DNA of 64,000 nucleotides from Tubiluchus corallicola (Eukaryota > Animalia > Priapulida), in NCBI GenBank assembly GCA_030141605.1, contig JAQGDQ010000272.1, positions 247,297 through 311,296 on the forward strand, given 5' to 3'. Positions 46,001 to 57,800 of the stretch are shown here, in pieces. The notes below the pieces were generated by a model. It was not told where the DNA came from and did not search any database. It saw only the letters and a list, made by a program, of their open reading frames with translations. A program made the translations under genes and the position numbers. How positions within the stretch are numbered: position 1 is the stretch's first letter; the number at the start of each line of letters is the position of its first letter.

Positions 46001-49000
46001 GCTTGTTAAGGTAGCACAAATGAGTGAATGAAAAAATGGTTAGCGTCAGAAGAAATGATGGAATGGAAAAAAAATGTAAGATTAGGGATAGGAAGAAGGA
46101 AGGGAGGGAAGGAGGAGTGAATGAAACAATGGTTAGGGTTAGTAGACATGATGGAATGGGAAAAATAGTAAAATTAGAGACAGGAAGAAGGAAGGGAGGG
46201 AAGGAGGAGTGAATGAAACAATGGTTAGGGTTAGTAACCATGATGGAATGGAAAAATAGTAAGATTAGGGATAGGAAGAAGAAAGGGATGGAAAGATGAG
46301 TGAATGAAAGAAAGGTTAGGGTTAGTAAACATGATGGAATGGGAAAAATAGTAAGATTAGACATAGGAAGAAGGAAGGGAGAGGAGGATGAGTGAATGAA
46401 AGAACCCGCTATAGTTTCGGGCAAAAATTGCATAACGATCAGTCAAAATTACATAGTAAAATGCTATCACAGATACCAGACAAAATTTTCACTGTATGTG
46501 ATACACAGGGTCTTCTCTGTTTTCAGACAAACTTCCCTACTCAATCCGGGTTTTACTCGAATCGGCGGTTCGTCACTGCGACAACTTTCAGGTAAAAGAG
46601 AAGGACGTACAGAACCTCCTTAACTGGGAGAAGACGCAGCATGAGAATGTTGAGGTCGCTTTCAAACCCGCCAGAGTTATTTTGCAAGATTTCACGTAAG
46701 ATCAATTTACGGACAGGCAGAAATTGTTAAGAATATCAAATTATGAAATGTTGAATTTGTTCTTTTCAGGTTTAATTAAGTTTTCTTTTTTATTTAAAGT
46801 TGTAAGAATGCTTTTATTTCATCCAGATTTATTCTCACAAATTCCTTTTGCATAATCAAAAACTTTCATTTCTCTTTCAAGATTCTGTTATTAAACTCAA
46901 GTCATTTAGTGAAAAAGCTAATATCCAGGCCTAGTTTATTTATTATTGTATAATATTAATGTATTTACATTACTGTTAGTATTGTGAGTTAATATGATTG
47001 CTGTGCTACACTCATATCTTGGTTTGCCGGACAAAATGTGGACTGTTAAAAAGTCCCACGTACTACGGACCCAGTACAGTATTTCACAAGCTGACCGCTA
47101 GTTGGCAGGCCCTCACTTTGTTTACATCGCGTACATCAGTGTAACCACGTGTATATCTCTATGTATAAAAATATAGAATCAATTGTGCGGAGTTATTTGA
47201 GTCAATTGCAGACAGTTTTTATATACTTTTGCATAGGAGCGGCCACTACTTAGGTATTTTTGAGACAATTAGGTGATTAATTTTTCATTCTACATTACCG
47301 TGAGTCTAATACACGGCGCCTAATGTATCACCTTAGTATCCGTAAATACGCAAAATCAGCAAATTCGGACCGACGTTTCCCTGCTTTTGTCCGGCAAACT
47401 GAGACGTGAGTGGATTAAATCAAATTAAATTATAAAAAAATTCAACATCCTTCTACATTTCTGTAAATTAAATTTTTTCACCTGTTACTTTTATTTATTA
47501 TTTTATCACATTTATGAAAAGCAAAAATGTATAGGCAAATATAATGGGTAAAGAAATGATACATTTTTGTATATCAGAAGTTCTTCTGCAGGTCTATAAA
47601 TTAGAACTTTACCTGCAGTTTTTGTCGTTATTATTTATTACGTTGATGCAAATCGAAAGAGTAAAATAAATTACAGTAAGTCCTCGCTTAACGACACTAA
47701 TGCGTTCCAGAAAAATGCGACGTTAAGTGAAACTTCGTTAAACGAAGCCAAGACTTCCATAAAAAGTCAATAAAAGAACTGAGATACGTTCCAGAGACAA
47801 AAATCAATGCTGCTTAAATCTTATAAATTAAAGTTTTATGGGTTTTTCATATTTCTACTGATTAATTTCTTTCTGTTTACTGGAAACCATTTATCTTTCT
47901 ATAACATCTAGCCAACCTTGCTAGCTGTTCTCTTTCCTTAACGTTGAAGCCTATATATATATATATATAGACAGAGACATATTAGCAGTTATACAAACCT
48001 ACATGAAGTAACCCTGAAACAATTTTAAGTAGTACTAACCTGATTGTTATAGCAACTTTTAGATTTGAGACGAAGTTCATTGGCATAAAGTTTAAACTGG
48101 GGTGTCTTGGAAGCTTATAAATCGACAAACAGGTGTCGCTTGATATAAACAGTTAAGGCCACTAGGATTTAGTATTTAGTCAGTCGGGAAGCAAAGACAT
48201 TATAATAATTGTACTGCTTAGGTTACTAATGCGTTTTTAGAGCAAAATAACAGAATATATGCTGTTTTAATGCTTCAAATTAATTATAAAAGATTGTTGA
48301 TAAAATAAAAATGGCTGAGTTGAGCAAAAAAAATTGTCGTTAAAATGAAACGAGGCGTCGTTAAGTAAGAAAAAGGTGTCAAATGTTCAACGTTGTTAAA
48401 ACGAAACGTCGCTAAACGGGGAGTCATTAAGTGAGAAAAAGGTGTCAAATGTTCAGGGTCGTTAAGATGAAACATCGCTAAACGGGGAGTCATTAAGTGA
48501 GAAAAAGGTGTCAAATGTTCTGCGTCGTTAAGATGAAACGCCGCTAAACGGGGAGTCATTAAGTGAGAAAAAGGTGTCAAATGTTAAGCGTTGTTAATAT
48601 GAAACGGCGCTAAACGGGGAGGCATTAAGGGAGAAAACGGTGTCAAATGTTCAGCGTCGTTAATATGAAACATCGCTAAACGGGAGTCGTTAAGCGAGGA
48701 AAAGGTGTCAAATGTTCAGCGTCGTTAAGATGAAACGTCACTAAACGGGGCGTCGTTAAGCGAGGACTTGCTGTAACAGGTTAAGAAATGATACTTTTTT
48801 GGACATTAGTTTGTAGAAAAGTACTTTTCATTCCCCCAAAAGTACCAAATTGATTACCACTGCCAAGGTTTACAACACTTAGATAGTAGAAACATCTTGT
48901 TTAAAGATTTTCACATATTTTCTATGTTTTCTAGTGGGGTGCCAGCTGTGGTTGATTTCGCTGCAATGCGAGACGCGGTCACACGTCTGGGTGGAGACCC

Positions 49001-52000
49001 TCAGCGAATAAATCCCAAGTCCCCGGCTGACCTGGTCATCGACCATTCTGTCCAAGTCGACGTAGCCAGGAGGTAACAAAAAATCAATATTTATTGATGC
49101 TGGCAAACTAGGCAATCAATCTTTACTGTGATAAGCCAAAATTAACAAACTTTTCAGTTCTTACGAGATGCTAATCTGACGATGAACTTGTTTTAGAACG
49201 TGCGAGTTCTAATTGCAAGGACTTTAGTTCAAGTCCTGATTGGTCAAAATTTTTCGGCAAATTGGTCATTAAGTTAAATTTTTATTTAATTCGATGCCAC
49301 GATATAAGGGTGATATCCAACACACAACTGCAGGTCTTAAATGTGTTTGTAGCAGGACGGGTATCTAGTTGCTGCTAGGAATCCATACTAGGAGCAGTCT
49401 ATGTTTGAGAGGAGTCGATACTAAACCGTCAAGAGATGTATTCTTATGTATATGTGTGCCCTTCCTTAACAAAGTGAATTGCTGGAAGCTGTATGGCAGA
49501 TAAAATTGTCCGAAAACAATTTCGTGGTTGTCACCCATCCACTTACTAAACAGACCTGGCATTTCTTAACTTTATCACCAAGCACACACCATGACCACTC
49601 AGCTATTCAGCTTTCCAGTTCTAATTCTTCGTCTTCGATCTTTCACCTGTCAAGTTTAGTCTCTATTTCATATCAGCAAACAATAAGGTTAATTCTGGCT
49701 TAGCAGTTACTGCTGTACATCCACTAATTCTTAAGGCAATGTTGTAGACACCACTACAATTACTACAATTAGTCACCGTTTTATAATTAATTTTTTAATA
49801 ATTAATAAGTATGTAAAAAAATCAGTTGCCGTTATTTTGCCCGTTAAAATTTTAAACATTACTTTTTTCCGCTGTGCACTGATTGGCCCATGAAACTTTG
49901 TTGAACGGGTCTTTGTAATATATGCGCTGTCTTGAATAGCATATTCGCTGGCTTGAATAGCATATTCGCTGGCTTGAATAGCATATTCGCTGTCTTGAAT
50001 AGCATATTCGCTGGCTTGAATAGCACATACGCTGTCTTGAATGGCATATTCGCTGGCTTGAATAGCATATTCGCTGTCTTGAATAGCATATTCGCTGGCT
50101 TGAATAGCATATTTGCTGTCTTGAATAGCATATTTGCTGTCTTGAATAGCATATTCGCTGGCTTGAATAGCATACTTACTGGCTTGAATAGCATATTTGC
50201 TGTCTTGAATAGCATATTCGCTGGCTTGAATAGCATTTTCGCTGGCTTGAATAGCTTATTCGCTGTCTTGAATAGCATATTCGCTGGCTTGAATAGCATA
50301 TTCGCTGTCTTGAATAGCATATTTGCTGGCTTGAATGGCATATTTGCTGGCTTGAATAGCATATTTGCTGGCTTGAATAGCATATTTGCTGGCTTGAATA
50401 GCATATTCGCTGGCTTGAATAGCTTATTCGCTGGCTTGAATAGCATATTCGCTGGCTTGAATAGCATATTCGCTGTCTTGAATAGCATATTCGCTGGCTT
50501 GAATAGCATATTTGCTGGCTTGAATAGGTTAACACGACGTCTTAAAACTCTTGCTTTCTTCTTTCGTTTGCGTCTTTAGTTTTTCTTACTATCTACTGTG
50601 TCTGTAACTAATTTGCTAATGCTTTGATGTTAAAATTGTTGAACTAGCTGACATTAACATTATCTTACTTCACCTGTAGTGTCTGCGTTTCAGCATTTAG
50701 TACTGGCATATTTGTTTGCTGTTGTGTTTTATGGTGTGTGTATATTGTATTAGTGTCAATTCACGAAACTATGTGAACTCAGTAAAGTACAAAGGCTAGT
50801 TCACACAACAAATTCAAATTGTATAAAAGATCATACAGTCAAACCTCCTTATACCACCCATTTTGTGAGCAGAAAAAATTTGGAGTTATATGCGATTCAT
50901 GTATGACAAAATATAACATACAACAACATAATAAAACATACATAAATATACAAAAATGTTATATTTTGTCATAGACGAATCACAAAACATTTAGGCGAGC
51001 ATACACAGGTTAGAGTCCTCAACTGTCACTCTAAAGTTTAGTTAATTAAAAGAAAATTATTAAAGTAATCATCTGTAAATTAATCAGTTACTCAAGCAAG
51101 TTTTTGTTTGCGTAAACAATGCGCGATGTACGTTACAGTTTGCGCACAATCAAAACACGCCTTATTTTATGCATGAAGTCTGGTCAGTGTAAACGACTCA
51201 CAGGAGGCATTGTGGGATGGAATTATATGCAGATGGCGCTGGCGTTAGTTGAGACTGCTGACTGTGTCTCCTGTCGCACAATTATGAATTATGAATTTAT
51301 TCCACAGCAATACAAACATACAGACAAATTGTTATTACTTTGAAAAAAACTTATAAAATGAACGAGTTACTGTGAGGAGGAGGAAGGAGCATTGAGCTTT
51401 CGAGTCCTCCTCCAGATAAGTGAAACAATTGACAATTAACATTACATAGTTACTGTGAGGAGGAGGAAGGAGCATTGAGCTTTCGAGTCCTCCTCCAGAT
51501 AAGTGAAACAATTGACAATTAACATTACATAGTTACTGTGAGGAGGAGGAAGGAGCATTGAGATTTCGAGTCCTCCTCCAGATAAGTGAAACAATTGACA
51601 ATTAACATTACATTTTCATCAGTTATAACGTACATTAGAACAAAATAAGTTTTGTTAGTAACTTACGATCAGGATGAGTAAAATTGTGAGTTAATTATAC
51701 CGCTGTAGTAGGTAATTCTTTGATGCTTGGCAATTTGCCTGACAGATGGCGGGTAACGGAAACGGTGTTACAGGTTCTTTTTATATACAGCCGTTTTGTT
51801 CCTGGCCGTTTTTCATTGGTGGTATCACGAGGTTTGACTGGATTATAGTTCATTTGCTTGAATAGCTTCTGTAACTCATTGCTGGTAATCTGGTTTTATT
51901 CTTGCAGTAGTAGAGAGTTTACACTTGATCTTATGCGGGTCATCATTTCAGTTTTTTTAGTTTCAAATCGTCCAAAACATGTTAAAACTAATCAGAAATT

Positions 52001-54571
52001 AATTACATATATATGTGTCTGCTTGCATATCAAAATCGTCCGTTAGTCGGCAATTAAGCTTTTTTAGTCGTTCACGTATCCTGAATCTCCATTTCATGAG
52101 GATCATTTTAATACCAAGTTTATCGCTCTATGTTATTTCTAAGCTGAGATAATCTACATTGAAGTTGAGGTGCAGGCTGCACACTGAAAAACATAATCTT
52201 GAGAAAATCACTGTTAAAGTCGGCCATTGTTTTTTGTCGCGTTTCTATAAAATACTTGGCAACCTAAATGTTGGTTTCTACAGACTTTGCAAGAACACTT
52301 TGAAGTTATGTTTAAATCCAGTAGATGGCTCTTCCTGGATTGATTGTCCTTCCAAAATGGCTGCTTCCCTGAGCTACTACTGGAGTTTGCAAATACAAGT
52401 TTTTCACAATTGCAGTACTAGTTTCTAGACAGAAAAGTTAGTACGGGCTTATGAAATTTAATTTTTAGTATTTTTTAAACATTTTCTTGATAACTTCACC
52501 CTAGAATATTAAAGTCAAATATATTTAGCATTTGCTTTCATAAAAAAGCAAAAAACTGACATTTGACCAAATTTTTGGTGCTTTCTACTTTGAAGCATCA
52601 TAACATAGATTTAATTACGCCGACTTGTGGACAGTTTTGGTTTGCAAGCAGCACATTTAATCATGTTTGTTGCAAAGACACTTGAGATTAAAAAGTTTCG
52701 TATCTTTTTGATTAGTCAGCTTTTGCCGTGTCTATGTGTGAAGACCTGTTAGAGTTAAACCCGGCTTCGTGTGGCAAAGATTTTATGTTGCAACGTTTCT
52801 TGTTTCTTGTTTTATAGTTTGTTACGGAACATGCCCAACCCCGGTGGAGGCGGTAGAGGTGCAGCTCCCTCTGGCGGCGTTATGAGATTAGGCCCTGCCA
52901 CCGAGCTGGGTAGGTCGGTACCGACGTCGGGTAACGTACAGTCAAGATCATCGCTTGCGACTAATACGTGCCGGACTTCGTACAGTGCTCGTAGGCATCC
53001 TTACAAGGTGCTGCCGCCCCCTGGCGGAGTAAGTCAAAACACCCGCCCGTCTGTTCCGCAGGCTTCTGAACAGTCTCCGGTGCTTAAACCAGTGTGCCAA
53101 ATATGCATAAGTTCAGGCTTTCCACAGACGACGGAAATCTGTCCGTTTCACGGTCTCAGATCAGGATGGTCAGTATATACACGTAGCGTGTCATAGTGTA
53201 GTTGCATGTACTAGAGTAGAAAGCGTGTCGTTGTGCAGTTGCATGTACTAGAGTAGAAAGCATGTCATCGTGTAGTTGCATGTACTAGAGTAGAAAGCGT
53301 TGTGCAGTTGCATGTACTAGAGTAGAAAGCATGTCATCGTGTAGTTGCATGTACTAGAGTAGAAAGCGTGTCATCGTGTGTTTGCATGTAATAGAGATTC
53401 TATTGTGCTGTTTACAAGTTACAAGTTCATTATAAACATTACTCGTCTTGTTTTCGTGAAAAAATTGTCAAACTTTTTGTCATTACCTGAATCTAAAAGT
53501 GAATTCAAGTAACATTTTTTCTTCCATTTAACAATGGTATGCATTCTAATGCTCGTGGTGTGTACAACATTGTTCTGCTTGTGCATTTACCGCAGATGTC
53601 TAGATGTTGGTCTGTGGTTTTTATCATTGTCACTGCATGACATTTTTTAGATATTATTGGCCAAACGATGGCAGATTGCATGTGGTGAAAAATCGTAGAC
53701 ATCGTAGCACGAGAAGGTCAACAAATGTTTATAAAAATGTCGGCCATCTTTGAAATGCTCCGTTTGTCGGTGTTCAAAACAAAAGTCAGTACGAATACAT
53801 TGCCGTGTCTTCAAAGTGTAAACTGTAAAACTGTCGGCCATCTTTAAAATGCTTCGTTTGTCGGTGTTCTGAACAAAAGTCAGTACGAATACATTGCCGC
53901 GTCTTCAAAGTGTAAACTGTAAAACTGTCGGCCATCTTTAAAATGCTCCGTTTGTCGGTGTGCAAAACAAAAGTCAGTACGAATACATTGCCGCGTCTTC
54001 AAAGTGTAAACTGTAAAACTGTCGGCCATCTTTAAAATGCTCCGTTTGTCGGTGTGCAAAACAAAAGTCAGTACGAATACATTGCCGTGTCTTCAAAGTG
54101 TAAACTGTAAAACTGTTAAAACGCTTGCGTATCAAAACCATTGTTCTTTGCAGGAAAGCGCAACTTTTTTGCTTTGCTTGCCCATTGGTCATTTCTTAGA
54201 TTTCTAAACCTTCATCTGAATTTGCCAAACTTTAAGTCCTGTTGAATCTTTTTTTGCTCAAAACTGTCTGAACGTGCGAGTTTGTCTACATCATTACCAT
54301 CATCACTTCTTACGGCCGATATGTTTCGCAACGATTCAGATGGCATGTATTAAAATCCATTGTGCTTTCTATAGATTTCAAGTGGGTCTCGTTTGTATAA
54401 TTAGTATGTGGTGCTTTGTTTTCAGTGCCGATGCTTTGGAACGTAATCAGGAACTTGAATTTGAGCGAAACAAGGAACGCTTTCGTTTTCTTAAGGTATG
54501 CATTGCTCTCTCTATCTCTCTTTCATTTACTCTCTGTCTTTCTCACTCTCTGTATCTCTTTCTCTCTCTCC

Positions 54572-54625
<54 letters not shown>

Positions 54626-54630
54626 CTCTC

Positions 54631-54672
<42 letters not shown>

Positions 54673-54684
54673 CATTCTCTCTCT

Positions 54685-54754
<70 letters not shown>

Positions 54755-54779
54755 GTCTGTCTGTCTGTCTCTCTTTCTG

Positions 54780-54838
<59 letters not shown>

Positions 54839-57800
54839 CTCATTCACTTACATAAACTCTATTTTTCTTGACGTGTTTTCATTCTTGCTTTCACTTTTTT
54901 ACTTCAACTGTCCCCACTAAGAGTGCCCATTGGTTTGTTTCGGTTAATTTGCATAAAAATTATCTACTTTTATGTTTATTCCTCTCTGTACTCTTCTGAA
55001 TGTACGATTTCTTTGTCTAACTATCTATCCATCGCCGACACCTGATACCCCTCCTCATTTGCATTTTAGTGGGGCGCGTCGGCATTAGAGAACATGCTAA
55101 TCGTGCCGCCCGGTTCCGGGATCGTCCACCAGGTGAACTTGGAGCACCTCGCCCGTGTCGTGTTTTGTGATAATGGAATGTTGTACCCCGACAGCCTGGT
55201 GGGGACGGATTCTCATACCACCATGATTAACGGTTTGGGAGTGATAGGCTGGGGTAAGTGTGTAACTGATTACTTCAGATTTGATGAAATGACTGTGAAA
55301 AGGTTCAGGGATGAGAATTTTCCGCGGATACGCGGAATTCCGAGTTTTTGGAAGACCAGTAGTGCCATTTTTGTAAATCGCATAAATTCGTTGACAAAAT
55401 TTTTACAGATCCAGTACATTATTTCACAAGCTGACCGCCAGATGGCAGGCCGTCACTTTGTTTACATCACGTACATCAGTGTAACCACGTGTATATCTCT
55501 ATGTATAAAAATATAGAATCAATTGTGCGGAGTTATTTGAGTCAATTGCAGACAGTTTTTATATACTTTTGCCCAGCAGCGACCATTACTTAGACGTTTT
55601 TGAGACAATTAGGTATCATGTATCCTTGATAGTTGAGTATTTTAGATTATGCATGAAACAAGGTAATTGATATTTTAAGTCCACTTAGAGGCTCTCTATG
55701 GTCACAAAATTGCAATTTGTTGCTGGCTGCAACGGGAGCCTTGCCCCCCCTTGAACCCCCATGGGGGCCTAGGCAGCTCCCAAACCCCCCGGCCTGTTTC
55801 AGAGTTTTTTGCAATTTGTCATTCTCATCGCTGAAGGTTTTTAACTTCTTTGTAACATCAACAATGTCCGTTTTATAAGCAATCCACCATATACAGTAGT
55901 CGTCACTCGAAGCAAAGCTGGACCCAGTCTTAAACTATAGGTCAAAACAACCTATTCTTTAAAATATTAAAAGGAAGTTGGCTCACGTGAAAGAGTTATT
56001 ACCACACAAACACAATTTTAGCGCCATTAGTTCTTCGCTGTTACATGTATTTCGCCATTCGATAGTTAGACTGGTTCTAGCGCCTGCATTTCGGAAAGTG
56101 TCGCACAAAAACAGGTGCTTTACCTCTCTGTTCCGATGTGTTAGCTTGTGATGAACTGCACGCGTTCGACAGCTCATGCGTGAGCACAGCGGTAAATTTG
56201 AAATTTGGATTTTTATCTTAAAAGTTGTCTAGTTTTAGTACAACACACTGAATATCTTACAGTAGCACTCTACTTCAATTTTTGCTTTCACAAACTTTGC
56301 TGTTAGAAATTTTGTTAGTTTGTGATGTCATAGTCATCAATAGTTGGGCTCGCCTGCCGTTTAATTAAGTTTTTAATCTGTAATTTTCTTATCAGAAACA
56401 CTTTTGCAGTATTATTGTGTAGACGCATGTCAAATAGCGTGTTAAAGTGCGTGCAAAAGACAGCCGGCAGAAACCTGTTTGAAGCCAGGTATGTGTGCAA
56501 ATCCATACCGGTTTGAAGCCAGGTATGTGTGCAAATCCATACCGGTTTGAAGCCAGGTGTGTGTGCAAATCCATACCGGTTTGAAGCCAGGTATGTGTGC
56601 AAATCCATACCGGTTTGAAGCCAGGTATGTGTGCAAATCCATACCGGTTTGAAGCCAGTTATATGTGCAAATCCATACCAGTTTGAAGCCAGGTGTGTGT
56701 GCAAATCCATACCTGTTTGAAGCCAGGTATGTGTGCAAATCCATACCGGTTTGAAGCCAGGTATGTGTGCAAATCCATACCTGTATGAAGCCAGGTAGGT
56801 GTGCAAATCCATACCTGTTTGAAGCCAGGTGTGTGTGCAAATCCATACCTGTTTGAAGCCAGGTATGTGTGCAAATCCATACGCTGACTAGACCAAATAA
56901 TTGTCATCATTTTTATGTTCTAAAAGCTTCAACCATTGCACTGTCTTCACTTCTAGGAGTGGGAGGCATAGAAGCGGAGGCGGTGATGCTGGGACAGGCC
57001 ATCTCCATGGTGATACCAAAAGTTGTCGGTTATAAGCTGGTGGGTAAACTCGGTCGCTTGGCAACGTCAACTGATGCGGTGCTCACCATAACCAAGGTAG
57101 AAGCTTAAGAGAGGTGTTCCCACGAACACCTGAGTCTTGTATAGTTAATTGATCAGTGTGTTTGATACGTTCCAGTATGTTCCAGAAAGACAGAGAAAGA
57201 GAGTGAGAGAGAGAGGGGGAGAGGGAGAGGCAGAGGCAGAGGCAGAGAGGCAGAGGGAAACTATATTAACATATATACACTATATAAGCTGTTTCAATAT
57301 ACAGTTTAATAAAGAGTTACAGAGATGGGTTTTAGAGCTCAGCCATTGTTGGTCAATACAGATGAAACATTATTCAGTTTTTTCCTTCGGACTTCTTACC
57401 TTTGCAATTTCTTACCCTTGCAAAAACTCCAATAAGTGAGGGAACACTGTAAAACTACAGATCTCTATGTATGTAGGAGAAAGTTGGCCTCCTGCTTAGC
57501 TAATGTCTGTTGTACAACCAGATGTGATGCACTCGTGCAAATTAGCGCGACTCCACATGGTACTACGTGTTGTTCTGGCCAACAGACACATTTCACTTAA
57601 TGTCCAAGTTCATTATGTACAAAATAACACGTAAGTCAGGGGTGTGCAAATTGCGGCCTACCGACAGAATTTGTGTGGCCCGCAAAGAGATTTGTCAACC
57701 TAATGAAACTGCGGCCCGGGTGATTAATTGAGTGTATCCAGCTGAAGTCCGTGCCACGATCCCAAAGATAGTGCGGGTAGTTTTTTCTACTAGATCGGAT

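Noticed and set aside
46130-46330. GGTTAGGGTTAG as interstitial telomere
   Set aside because: Only about two hexamers per ~92-bp unit; not a telomeric array
49859-50579. 200-aa heptad-repeat ORFs on both strands
   Set aside because: By-product of a stop-free 21-bp intronic minisatellite; no splice or protein-family support
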